A DNA stretch of 64,000 bases from Patescibacteria group bacterium (GCA_041662965.1 JBAZRI010000001.1:227680-291679), one strand, 5' to 3'. Counted from the stretch's first letter, positions 44,090-53,296 are shown. Program-made: numbers and translations. The notes: a model not told the origin generated them from the sequence alone.

Positions 44090-44121
44090 AAAAGGTCAGG
44101 CTAGAGATGATAATAATATTT

Positions 44122-45603
44122 ATGAGCAATATCAGAGTTCGTTTCGCTCCATCGCCGACCGGTTTCCTGCATATCGGCAGCTTAAGGCCGGTTTTGTTTA
44201 ATTATCTGATAGCGAAAACTTTAAACGGTGAATTGATTTTAAGGATTGAGGACACGGACCAAAAAAGGGAAGTTCAAGGCGCGGTTAAAGGCTTAATTGA
44301 TATTTTAGACTGGGTGGGCATAAAATTTGACGAAGGGCCGCATGTTGGCGGCGGATTCGGGCCATATACCCAATCGCAAAGGCTGGAAATTTATAAAGAG
44401 CATATTGAAGCGCTTTTAAAAAAGGGCGAGGCTTATTATTGTTTTTGCACTTCTGAAAGATTAACCGAGATGCGCGAGCGCCAGCAGGCGGAAAAAAAAC
44501 CGCCGCGCTATGACCGCGCCTGCCGCGAGCTCGCCAAAGAAGAAGTTGAGAAAAAAATTAAAGCCGGAGAAAAATTCGTTATCAGGCAAAAAATGCCTGT
44601 GGGCGGAGAAATTATTGTCCATGATGAACTGCGCGGCGATATAAAATTCGCGGCCCGCGATCTGGAAGACCAAGTTTTAATAAAATCAGACGGCATGCCG
44701 ACTTATCAATTCGCTAGTGTAGTTGATGATCATCTTATGGCCATCAGCCATGTCTTAAGAGGCGATGAATGGCTTTCCAGTTTCCCCAAAAATATTTTAT
44801 TATATAACGCCTTCGGCTGGCCAGCGCCGAAATTTATTCACCTAACCTTAACTTTAAATAAAGAAGGCGGTAAATTAAGCAAGCGCCAGGGCGACGTAGC
44901 GGTTGAGGATTACCGCTCTAAAGGCTATCTGCCCGAAGCTCTATTGAATTTTTGCGTCTTGCAGGGCTGGCATCCTTCGGCGTCGGCTAAAGCGCCAAAA
45001 GAAAAAACCGATGAAATTTTAAATTTGGATGAAATGATTGAATATTTTGATTACAAAGATATGGGGATCAGCCCGGCGGTTTTTGACATAGAAAAATTAG
45101 ACTATTTCAACGGTTATTATATCAGGCGGATGTCATTGGAAAAATTAACTAAATTATGCCTGCCGTTTATGGGCGAAAATTTGAAATTAACTCGCGATAC
45201 AAGAAAACAAGCCAATGATTTTATGGAAAAAGTTATCGGGCTGGAGCAGGAAAGGCTTAAGAAATTATCCGAGATAGGGGAGTTGACAAAGTTCTTTTTT
45301 TTGGATAATCTTGAATATCCGGAAGAAATGCTGATCTGGAAAAATTTAACTCTTAAGCAGGCGAAAGCGAACCTTAAAGAGCTGGCCGCTTTGCTTGAAA
45401 AAATTCCCGAAGCCGACTGGTTGAAAGAAACGATTGAAAAAACTCTGCTTGATTACATTAAAGACAAAGGCGCTAAAAACGGCGATTATCTCTGGCCTTT
45501 GCGCGTAGCGCTTTCCGGCCAAAAATTCAGCCCGCCGCCTTTCGCCATCGCCGCGATTCTAGGCAAAAAAGAAAGTTTAGATAAAATTAATAAAAATAAA
45601 TAA
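44122..45603 (+). CDS. gltX: Glutamyl-tRNA synthetase
   Basis: RVRFAPSPTGFLHIGSLR (HIGH-type motif), KLSKR motif. Start moved to MSNIRV. Confidence 0.95.
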   Translation: MSNIRVRFAPSPTGFLHIGSLRPVLFNYLIAKTLNGELILRIEDTDQKREVQGAVKGLIDILDWVGIKFDEGPHVGGGFGPYTQSQRLEIYKEHIEALLKKGEAYYCFCTSERLTEMRERQQAEKKPPRYDRACRELAKEEVEKKIKAGEKFVIRQKMPVGGEIIVHDELRGDIKFAARDLEDQVLIKSDGMPTYQFASVVDDHLMAISHVLRGDEWLSSFPKNILLYNAFGWPAPKFIHLTLTLNKEGGKLSKRQGDVAVEDYRSKGYLPEALLNFCVLQGWHPSASAKAPKEKTDEILNLDEMIEYFDYKDMGISPAVFDIEKLDYFNGYYIRRMSLEKLTKLCLPFMGENLKLTRDTRKQANDFMEKVIGLEQERLKKLSEIGELTKFFFLDNLEYPEEMLIWKNLTLKQAKANLKELAALLEKIPEADWLKETIEKTLLDYIKDKGAKNGDYLWPLRVALSGQKFSPPPFAIAAILGKKESLDKINKNK

Positions 45604-45632
45604 AAAAATCCCGAAAGGGGAAGGGGGATGAC

Positions 45633-45893
45633 ATGAATTACGAGGAGTATTTGTTCTTTTTATTTTCAATTTTTTTTGGCATTTACTTGATGGGCAGAGG
45701 ATTTTCTTCTGAAACGCTCTCTCTAACGTGTGCAATATTTGGATTATTTATTTTCTTTTTTGCCTTCATGAATTTATTATTTTTAGGGCCAGGAAGCAAA
45801 GTGGCTACCATGCCGGCGGATATATTTTTCGCGGTGGTAGCTGGAATGTTAATAGCGTGGGCCTTTGGAAAGACAATCGAAAGGAGGACATGA
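45633..45893 (+). CDS. Small membrane protein (86 aa, 3 TM)
   Basis: G-rich SD GGGGAAGGGGGA upstream. Hydrophobic segments. The stop overlaps the next start (ATGA). Confidence 0.45.
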   Translation: MNYEEYLFFLFSIFFGIYLMGRGFSSETLSLTCAIFGLFIFFFAFMNLLFLGPGSKVATMPADIFFAVVAGMLIAWAFGKTIERRT

Positions 45894-46186
45894 TGAATTT
45901 ATGGGAAGCTTTTATTTTTATAATGTTAGTTTTTGTATTTATTCTGATAACCGAAAGGAAAAATGTTAATAACCCGGGGCGGATAGGAGAATATGCGATT
46001 TTTATGTTTTTCGTTGTAATATTGACATCAGGAATAATAATGTTATTTATTTCTTTCTTTTCTTTTTATTGCCACTGGCCATCTTTTTATTGCCGCTGGC
46101 CATTCGTAGTGGTACTTGATAGTATGGTAATATCATATTCTGGCTTGCTGTTGGGCTATACTGTAAAGCAATTGTTTTTTAAATAA
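45890..46186 (+). CDS. Small membrane protein (98 aa) with an FYCHWPSFYCRWP duplication
   Basis: SD AGGAGG 3 nt upstream of the ATG at 45890. The tracked ORF start (45728) overlaps the previous gene out of frame and is rejected. Confidence 0.45.
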   Translation: MMNLWEAFIFIMLVFVFILITERKNVNNPGRIGEYAIFMFFVVILTSGIIMLFISFFSFYCHWPSFYCRWPFVVVLDSMVISYSGLLLGYTVKQLFFK

Positions 46187-46264
46187 GATAATCTATGTAG
46201 TTAAGGGGCTTGGATAAAATCCGGCTCCTTTTTTTATTGTTTAAAAAATGTTATAATTAAATTA

Positions 46265-46351
46265 TTCACCCTGTTAGAAGTCTTAAATAAACAAGATATC
46301 TGGCAGGGCAAATTATAATTGCAGTTTCTATGGGAACTTCTAACAGGGTAA
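46265..46351 (+). promoter_or_regulatory. Start-codon-enclosing inverted repeat, copy 2 (TTCACCCTGTTAGAAGT ... ACTTCTAACAGGGTAA)
   Basis: A 14-nt perfect complement flanks the ATG at 46330. Base changes relative to copy 1 are compensated in both arms. Confidence 0.55.
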
Positions 46352-47571
46352 AAAAAATTATTAAGTTAATCATACCTATATTATTTTTAGGCCTGTTTTT
46401 AACCGCGCCTGATTTTAGCTATGGCCAGGCTGAAGCCGGGCAAAACGAAGAAGTCAGGCAGATAAACAAAGATATTCAGGAAAAAAAAGACAGGATTAAA
46501 AAAATCCAGGATCAGCAGGCGGTCTATGAAGCGCTGATTAAGAAAAAACAGAGCGAAAAAGCCAGCCTGAATAACCAGCTGGCGATTTTAGAAAACCGTT
46601 TGGCTAAAGCCGCTTTGGATATTGAAAGCGCGCAGACCGAGATTGACCGGACGAATTTAGAGATAGACAAAGTCAACCTGGAAATTAAGGCTAAAGATGA
46701 GCAGATTTTAAATCAAAAAGAGCATATCGCGTCAGTCGTTAGATTGATGCAAAAGCAAGACGATAAATCAACTTTGGAAATATTGCTTCTGAACGGCACT
46801 TTGAATGATTTTGTCAGCCAGGTTAAATATTTGGAAGATATAAATAAAGAAATCGGCCAGAGTTTGGAAACTTTAAAGCAATACAAAAAAGATTTGGAAG
46901 CCCAGCAGAAAGATTTGAACGGAAAAAAGCGGGAATTATCCGGCTTGAAGGTAGAGCTGGAAAACAGAAAAAGCGGCCTGGCTACGGAGCAGCAAAACAA
47001 GGCGTATGTTTTAGACCAGACTAAATCTTCGGAAAGAGAATACCAAAGGTTATTGGCATTAGCTAAACAAGAACAACAGCGGGCTGAGTCCGATATCGTC
47101 AGCCTGGAAAAAACCGTCAGGGCAAAATTATCTAAAATTTCCGGCCAAGCCTTGGAATTCAATGACGCGGGTTTTATCTGGCCGGTGACGAAAAATATGG
47201 TTATGGCGACTTTCCATGATCCGGACTATCCGTTCCGCTATATTTTTGAGCATCCGGCCATAGATATCAGGGCCGGTCAAGGCAGCGCCTTAAGGGCCGC
47301 GGCTTCAGGCTACGTGGCCATAGCTAAAAACGCGGGTAAAGGCTATAGCTATATTATGATAGTGCATGGCAACGGGCTGGCTACGGTTTACGGGCATGTG
47401 TCAAAAATCTATGTCCAAGCCGATGAATACGTAGTCCAGGGGCAGGCGATCGGCCTTTCGGGCGGCATGCCGGGCACTAACGGAGCCGGCTCGTTAACCA
47501 CCGGGCCGCATCTGCATTTTGAAGTCCGCTTAAACGGAATTCCGGTTAATCCTTTGGAATATCTGCCGTAA
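46330..47571 (+). CDS. M23-family peptidase with an N-terminal coiled coil (EnvC-like)
   Basis: A long coiled coil followed by HPAIDIRAG..G..V.A..SG.V, GNGLATVYGHVS and GPHLHFEVRLNG. Confidence 0.85.
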   Translation: MGTSNRVKKIIKLIIPILFLGLFLTAPDFSYGQAEAGQNEEVRQINKDIQEKKDRIKKIQDQQAVYEALIKKKQSEKASLNNQLAILENRLAKAALDIESAQTEIDRTNLEIDKVNLEIKAKDEQILNQKEHIASVVRLMQKQDDKSTLEILLLNGTLNDFVSQVKYLEDINKEIGQSLETLKQYKKDLEAQQKDLNGKKRELSGLKVELENRKSGLATEQQNKAYVLDQTKSSEREYQRLLALAKQEQQRAESDIVSLEKTVRAKLSKISGQALEFNDAGFIWPVTKNMVMATFHDPDYPFRYIFEHPAIDIRAGQGSALRAAASGYVAIAKNAGKGYSYIMIVHGNGLATVYGHVSKIYVQADEYVVQGQAIGLSGGMPGTNGAGSLTTGPHLHFEVRLNGIPVNPLEYLP

Positions 47572-47579
47572 AAATTGAT

Positions 47580-48023
47580 ATGGATTTAATAGAACATTAT
47601 AAAAAAGTCCAAACAGCTTGCGACTGCGCTTTAAAAATAATTGGCATTACCAAGCTTAAATTCAGGCCCATGCGCCGCCAAGACGACCACGTTAATACCA
47701 AGCGTGGTTTTGTTATCGGCCGGACGAATTTAAAAACCGGCCTGATTACGATTGATATTTTTACGCCGAAGTTCAGAAAGCCAAAAAAAATTTCTTCAAT
47801 TTTAAGGACGCTAGCCCATGAAGCCGCGCATCATCAAAAACCGCCTTACCGCTCGCGGTTCAGGGGGCGGATAATAACCAGAATTCATTACCCGATATTT
47901 TATCGGCAGGTAACGAGAAATATTAAGAAGTTGAAAAAAGACAAAACGCTGGGGGAGTATTTTTCCTTGAATAGGGGATATAGGCATTTATTTTTAAAGC
48001 GGTATGCGCGTATTACTTTATAG
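47580..48023 (+). CDS. Putative zinc metallopeptidase-like protein (HExxH; SprT/DUF45-like)
   Basis: The LAHEAAHH motif in a small basic protein; weak assignment. Confidence 0.35.
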   Translation: MDLIEHYKKVQTACDCALKIIGITKLKFRPMRRQDDHVNTKRGFVIGRTNLKTGLITIDIFTPKFRKPKKISSILRTLAHEAAHHQKPPYRSRFRGRIITRIHYPIFYRQVTRNIKKLKKDKTLGEYFSLNRGYRHLFLKRYARITL

Positions 48024-48062
48024 TCATTTCAATAAATCTAAATTTCTACGGGCTTAACCTAG

Positions 48063-48107
48063 ATTCCCGCCCGCCTAGCGGACTGGTAAACCTGCGCGGG
48101 AATGACA
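48063..48107. repeat. Solo TGTCAT-hairpin unit just 3' of the metallopeptidase-like gene
   Basis: ATTCCCGC-ccgcctagcggactggtaaacct-GCGGGAATGACA. A degenerate partner aGTCATTTC lies at 48022. Confidence 0.6.
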
Positions 48108-48613
48108 ATAAAAAATTAGTCGCTTACAGCGGTAGTTATTTAAAGGGGGAATTACTATAACGGCTATACTTTTCTAATATAATAGCGTCGCACAATATAA
48201 CTTATGCGACGCCAGACTAACCTTTGATATAATCTATTTGCTTGAGTTTATGCCCGGCCTATTGAATTAACATGCCGAACAGGCTGATTTGCGGGTAAAA
48301 TAATAATATGAATTTCAATAAAAGTAAAAATAAGCCGACAATCAAAAAACAAAATACTATTACCCCTAAAATAAACAATGTTTTAAAAATTCCTTCCATA
48401 AGCTTATTGGCGCATTAAAATTTAAATGCCCGCCTGGTACCTATGTACCTTTTTAGGTTTAAATTTTAATAGGTTTATTAACATAAATTTAATTTTTTTC
48501 AATAGCCGGGTTATTTTTTCTGAAATTATGCTGTTATATAATCTCGCCTGCCTGCTTGCTACCAGTATATAACATTTTTTAATATTATGTAATTAGTTAT
48601 GTGTCGCAAAATA

Positions 48614-49492
48614 TTATTTCAGGTAAACATTATTGGCGTATCTTAAATCAATATACTCCCTAGCGGCTTTAAAATCGTTTTTTAATTTTTCTCTAATGAT
48701 TAAATCAAGTTTGGCCGCTTGCTCGGCTACGGGCGCTTTTATGTTAAAATAAACTTTTGGCCCGGATAAAATCGCCATTTTAACGGTGTTAATGTCTTTA
48801 TCAACAATAAATCTTTCAATCGCGAAATTATGTTTTTTCTCCTTGAATTCATTAAACAAATTCAGGATATAGCCTATCGCCTCTTTATTTATATTGGCTT
48901 GCCGCCCGTCTATCTTAACGGCGGTCAGGTTTTCTATTAAAGGGTAGCTTCCGTCGTTAATATTTAAAGGATCGGTTTGGTTTATGACGTTGCCGTCGCC
49001 GTCCAGATAATAGTATTGCTCATCTTCGCGCCAAACCGCGGCTTGTTGTTTTTCGCGCAAATTTATGGTTAAAGTATGAAATAATTTTCTTTTAACGGTT
49101 AAATCGTCTAAATAATATTTTTCGTTTAAAATTTTTATCAAATCGCTTTTATTATAAAGCAATAGATTATTTTTTCCCGCCAACCTGTCCCGCGCGAGAT
49201 CCCAAGCGATTGATTCTATCTCGCCGGTTAGGCTTTCACGAACGCCGTTGACTTCTATTTTTTGGATTTTAAACAGAGTTGAAAAAAATAACAGCCAAAC
49301 TAGGATTAAAATTATAATAGCGGCGGCGAAAATAGCCAGCTTGCTTTTATTTTTCAGCCAGCCCGGCTTTATATCCGCGGTTCTTTTATTTTGAAAAAAA
49401 GGATTTTTATAAGCTTTGGCCGAATAAACGTATTTTCTTCTATTTGAGCCGAACCGATTTATTTTTTTAAGGCTATTCCTCCTGAATAACAT
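48614..49492 (-). CDS. ftsQ: FtsQ/DivIB-like cell division protein (POTRA)
   Basis: Basic N-terminus, a single TM (LAIFAAAIIILILVWLLFF), then the POTRA-like segment KIQKIEVNGV. Confidence 0.65.
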   Translation of the reverse strand: MLFRRNSLKKINRFGSNRRKYVYSAKAYKNPFFQNKRTADIKPGWLKNKSKLAIFAAAIIILILVWLLFFSTLFKIQKIEVNGVRESLTGEIESIAWDLARDRLAGKNNLLLYNKSDLIKILNEKYYLDDLTVKRKLFHTLTINLREKQQAAVWREDEQYYYLDGDGNVINQTDPLNINDGSYPLIENLTAVKIDGRQANINKEAIGYILNLFNEFKEKKHNFAIERFIVDKDINTVKMAILSGPKVYFNIKAPVAEQAAKLDLIIREKLKNDFKAAREYIDLRYANNVYLK

Positions 49493-49494
49493 AA

Positions 49495-50277
49495 TTATTT
49501 TAAATTTATTATAATTTTTTTGACTATTAAGCCGATCAGCAGGGCGTAAGCGTGGTGCTCGCCGAAGCGGTTTATTGAATAATTTTTTGTTTCATTGCCG
49601 TCGGTAACCGCTACGGTTTGCCCGCTTGAGGTTTTTTCCGTTATCTCGCCCAGCCAATGATTATTAAGGCTAGGCGTGTTTTTTTCTAAACCGAAAAAAA
49701 TAACTTTGGCTTTTGTAAATCCGGAAAGTTTTTTAATCCGCCGGTTGTCGTAATTTAAAATTAAATAACCGTTTTCGTTAATTGACTCAACAAAATGCTT
49801 ATACTCCCCTACTAGGTCGTCCATATCGGAAAAACTTTCAATATAGCGCTGGGTAATATCGGTGACAATGGCGATTTTCGGCTTAACTAATGACATTAAA
49901 TATTTCATGTCGCCGCGCTTGTCTATGCCCAGGCCTAATACTAAAATTTTAGGGAAAGTTGGCTTAAATAACGATATAAAAGCCCGCCAAATAATCGGCA
50001 GCCAATTTTTATAAGAATTATAGCCGCTGGATAAATTCAGAATGGCTAGCGGCAGTCCGATTTCGGTATTGAAATTTTTAGGATTTGATCTAACGTCATA
50101 TCCGGCTTGTTCCAGTCGGCGCTTAATTTCGCTTTTAACGAAAAATTCATTGGTGCTGCCGGTGACGCTGATAATCAGCGGCCGATGAATCAATAAAACT
50201 ATTTTGGTAATAAATTTCAAATAGTATTTTAAGATTTGCTTGAAAATTATTTTCACCCCGTTAGAAATATCATTCAT
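49495..50277 (-). CDS. Truncated MurF paralog lacking the P-loop lysine and the C-terminal domain
   Basis: Aligns by eye to MurF residues ~50-300 (NFNTEIGLPLAIL, KILVLGLGIDKRGDMKYL), but GSVGKT is replaced by GSTNEF. 2-nt gap to ftsQ-like. Confidence 0.6.
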   Translation of the reverse strand: MNDISNGVKIIFKQILKYYLKFITKIVLLIHRPLIISVTGSTNEFFVKSEIKRRLEQAGYDVRSNPKNFNTEIGLPLAILNLSSGYNSYKNWLPIIWRAFISLFKPTFPKILVLGLGIDKRGDMKYLMSLVKPKIAIVTDITQRYIESFSDMDDLVGEYKHFVESINENGYLILNYDNRRIKKLSGFTKAKVIFFGLEKNTPSLNNHWLGEITEKTSSGQTVAVTDGNETKNYSINRFGEHHAYALLIGLIVKKIIINLK

Positions 50278-50339
50278 AGAGTTATATAGGTAAGATTAAT
50301 TATGGCCCGTTAATATAAATTAATTTCTAACGGGGTTCA
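50252..50339 (-). promoter_or_regulatory. Start-codon-enclosing inverted repeat, copy 3 (minus strand: GAACCCCGTTAGAAAT ... ATTTCTAACGGGGTGAA)
   Basis: A 14-nt perfect complement flanks the ATG at 50277. The upstream arm abuts the aminotransferase stop codon. Confidence 0.55.
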
Positions 50340-51488
50340 TAAGCTAAAAAATTTTTCCAGCCGGTCAAAAGCCGTATTGATATGCGCCTCGGTCCGGCCG
50401 AAGCTTAACCGGATATGCCCTTCGCCGTTAGGCCCGAAGGCTATGCCGGGCACAACCGCGACCTGGACTTTATCCAAAAGTTCTAAAGCCAAAGCCAGAG
50501 AATCGCTGTTATTCAATATTTTAGGGAAAACAAAATAAGCGCTGTTAGGCTTTATGTAGCGCAAGTATTTATTAAGCCGATCAAGCCTTGAGCAAATTAA
50601 ATCTCGGCGGCGGTCATATTGTTTTTTAAAATTAATTACATCGCCCTCCCCCATTTCCAAAGCTCCCATGGCCGCGTATTGGGAAATTACCGGCGCGCAG
50701 GTTACCAGGCAGTCATGCACTTTTAAAATTTCTTTAATAACCGATTCGTCGCTATGGATAAAGCCGATGCGCCAGCCGGTCATGGCGTGGGATTTGGAAA
50801 AACTGAAAACCCTGATAACGCGCTCTCTTATTTCCGGCAGTTCGGCCAGGGAAAATATTTTTCCCGAACCGCCATAAATAAAATCTTTATAAACCTCGTC
50901 GCTGATTATAAAAAGGTTGTGTTTTTTCGCCAATTCGGCCAAACCGGTTAATTGCTCCCGGCCATAAATCGTTCCGGTCGGGTTATTCGGGTTGCAGAAT
51001 AAGATGGCTTTGGTTTTCGGCGTGATGGCCTGCTCAAATTCAGCCAATTCAAAAGACCAGCCTTGGTCCTCGTTTAAAGGCACGAAAATCGGCGTACAGC
51101 CGGCTAAATTTATTACTTCTTTGTACGAGACATAAGTCGGCGTAGGCAGAATTATTTCGTCGCCCGGGTCGCTGACGGCTAAAACGGCCGCGGTTAGGCC
51201 CTCAATTGATCCGGCCGTTACTATGATTTCTTTCTGCCAGTCATAAAACATGTTTTCTTTAGCCAAAGAAATTTCTATCATTTCCCTAAGTTCCGGCAGG
51301 CCGGGCGATAATGAATATTTAGCCACGGCGCCGGCGCGCAAAGCTCTTTCCACGCGCCGTTTAATGCAGGCCGGAGTATCAAAACTGGGAATGCCTTGGG
51401 CTAAGGAAATAACGTCCGGGTATTTAGCCGCCCGGATTTCCATCTGCTTAATAACGCTTAATTGCAAATTTTTAACTCGGTTGAACAT
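50337..51488 (-). CDS. Class I/II PLP-dependent aminotransferase
   Basis: SFSKSHAMTGWRIG (PLP-lysine motif), NPNNPTG, and the expected length. Confidence 0.85.
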   Translation of the reverse strand: MFNRVKNLQLSVIKQMEIRAAKYPDVISLAQGIPSFDTPACIKRRVERALRAGAVAKYSLSPGLPELREMIEISLAKENMFYDWQKEIIVTAGSIEGLTAAVLAVSDPGDEIILPTPTYVSYKEVINLAGCTPIFVPLNEDQGWSFELAEFEQAITPKTKAILFCNPNNPTGTIYGREQLTGLAELAKKHNLFIISDEVYKDFIYGGSGKIFSLAELPEIRERVIRVFSFSKSHAMTGWRIGFIHSDESVIKEILKVHDCLVTCAPVISQYAAMGALEMGEGDVINFKKQYDRRRDLICSRLDRLNKYLRYIKPNSAYFVFPKILNNSDSLALALELLDKVQVAVVPGIAFGPNGEGHIRLSFGRTEAHINTAFDRLEKFFSL

Positions 51489-51497
51489 GGTTATTGG

Positions 51498-52805
51498 TTA
51501 AGCCGCCTTTTTGCTTTTTATCAATTTAATTTTTCCCGGCAGATACTTGCGCAGAACTTTGGGAATTTCTATTGAGCCGTCGGCTCGCTGATAATTTTCC
51601 ATAATGGCGATTAAGGCGCGGCTGACCGCTATGGCCGTGCCGTTAAGCATATGCACGAAATGCTTTTCGCCGGCTAGGTCTTTATATTTGATGTTTAAGC
51701 CTCTGGCCTGGTAATCCGTGCAGTTAGAGGTTGAAGTAATTTCTGCCCAATCGCCGGCCGTGCCGTTTTTATTGGGTTTGCCCGGCAGCCAAGCTTCTAA
51801 ATCGTAAGTCCGGTATGACGGCCCGCCCAAGTCGGCCGTTGAGTGGTCAATAACCCTGAACGGCAGGCCCAGGCCTTTAAATATTTCTATTTCAATATTC
51901 AGCATTTCCTGATGGGCCGCTTCGCTGTTTTCCGGCAAAGTATATTGGAACATTTCTATTTTAGTAAATTGGTGGACGCGGAAAATGCCTTTGGAAAATT
52001 TTGAATAGCTGCCGGCTTCGGTGCGAAAACAATGGGAGACGGCCACGTATTTTTTCGGCAAATCTTTTTCGTCAATAATTTCATTCATATGGTAGCCGCC
52101 CATGGTTATTTCCGCCGTGCCGATTAAGCTAAGGCCTGTCCCGAGTTTAGCCGAGGGATCGGTTTGCTCAATATTATATATTTGCGTTGCTTCGCCTCTC
52201 GGATTAAAGCCCAAGCCTTCTAAAACTTCTTGCTTGGCCATGTCCGGAGTTATAAACGGCGTGAATTTATGCTTGATAACGGTTTCTAAAGCGTATTGGA
52301 TTAAAGCGAATTCCAATAAAACCGCCTGGTTTTTTAGGTAATAAAATTTCGCGGCGCTGACTTTAGCCGCGCGGTCAAAGTCAATTAAATCCAGATTTTC
52401 CGCCAGCTGAACATGGTCAAGCGGCGTGAATTTAAATTTAGGCGGCTTACCGTAAGTTTTTAATATCGGATTGTCGTCTTCATTAGCGCTTACCCGCACC
52501 TCGGGATGGGTTAAATTCGGAACCTGAAAAAGCAATTTTTTATATCCGGCATAAACTGAATTATATTTTTCTTCCAGGCTTTTTACGGTTTCGCCCAATT
52601 TTTTCATCGCGGATATTTCTTCGGCCGTGGGCTTAGTTTTGGAAACCGTATTTCTTTTCGCCCTAAGCTCGTCAATCTCGGCTTCCAGGGCGCGGCGCTC
52701 CTCGTCGGCTTTTATTAATTCGCCGATATCAACTTTGGCTAGCCGGTTTTTGCAGTTGGTTTTTATTAAATCAACGTTCTCCCTGATGAATTTTATGTTT
52801 AGCAT
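51498..52805 (-). CDS. serS: Seryl-tRNA synthetase
   Basis: MLNIKFIREN start, an N-terminal coiled coil, and class II motifs (FRTEAG, GTAIAVSRALIAIMENYQ). The tracked start at 52814 is a TTG; the ATG at 52805 is preferred. Confidence 0.95.
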   Translation of the reverse strand: MLNIKFIRENVDLIKTNCKNRLAKVDIGELIKADEERRALEAEIDELRAKRNTVSKTKPTAEEISAMKKLGETVKSLEEKYNSVYAGYKKLLFQVPNLTHPEVRVSANEDDNPILKTYGKPPKFKFTPLDHVQLAENLDLIDFDRAAKVSAAKFYYLKNQAVLLEFALIQYALETVIKHKFTPFITPDMAKQEVLEGLGFNPRGEATQIYNIEQTDPSAKLGTGLSLIGTAEITMGGYHMNEIIDEKDLPKKYVAVSHCFRTEAGSYSKFSKGIFRVHQFTKIEMFQYTLPENSEAAHQEMLNIEIEIFKGLGLPFRVIDHSTADLGGPSYRTYDLEAWLPGKPNKNGTAGDWAEITSTSNCTDYQARGLNIKYKDLAGEKHFVHMLNGTAIAVSRALIAIMENYQRADGSIEIPKVLRKYLPGKIKLIKSKKAA

Positions 52806-52885
52806 ATAAATCAATTAAAAATTAATAATTACGAATTACGAAATTTTTCGCGAAGCTAACGCTGCCGCAAAGAGTTATTCTCATA

Positions 52886-53290
52886 TTAGTTTTTTAAAAT
52901 AATAGATGTTTTGTATTTATGCGGCATAAAAGGCCTTAATCTTACAATTTTAGTTTTTAATTTTAATCTTTTTAATTCGTTTTTAAGCCGGTCAACAAAA
53001 TTAGTTTGGTCATAGCCCAGGCAGATTATATTCGGCCGGTATTTTTTAATGGCGCTGTATTTATCGGTTAGACTGCCTAATACCGCTTTAGACGCCAATT
53101 TTAGGCCTTTAATCGCCTCTAGGCGCTGTTTTTCGCTATGCTCGGGCAATTTGCCTTTAACCTTTAAAACCGTGCTGTTGCGGGCAATAACAACGATTAG
53201 ACAATCGCCATATTTTTTAGCCTGTTTTATAAAGTTGATATGCCCGGGATGCAAAATATCAAATGTGCCGAAAATCATAACAATTTTCAT
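52886..53290 (-). CDS. Cytidylyltransferase-like nucleotidyltransferase (RibL/FAD-synthase-like)
   Basis: FGTFDILHPGHINFI (HxGH). Start moved to MKIVMIFG because the upstream residues are repeat-encoded. Confidence 0.65.
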   Translation of the reverse strand: MKIVMIFGTFDILHPGHINFIKQAKKYGDCLIVVIARNSTVLKVKGKLPEHSEKQRLEAIKGLKLASKAVLGSLTDKYSAIKKYRPNIICLGYDQTNFVDRLKNELKRLKLKTKIVRLRPFMPHKYKTSIILKN

Positions 53291-53296
53291 TTTTAT

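Noticed and set aside
44029-44121. A T-box or other riboswitch leader upstream of gltX. The same check was made upstream of serS and lysS.
   Set aside because: The leaders are under 120 nt, are occupied by repeat termini or AT-rich spacer, and no specifier/T-box motif is visible.
45728-45889. The N-terminal 54 residues of the tracked 152-aa ORF.
   Set aside because: This part overlaps the upstream 86-aa membrane-protein gene in another frame. An SD-led ATG at 45890 gives a coherent 98-aa membrane protein.
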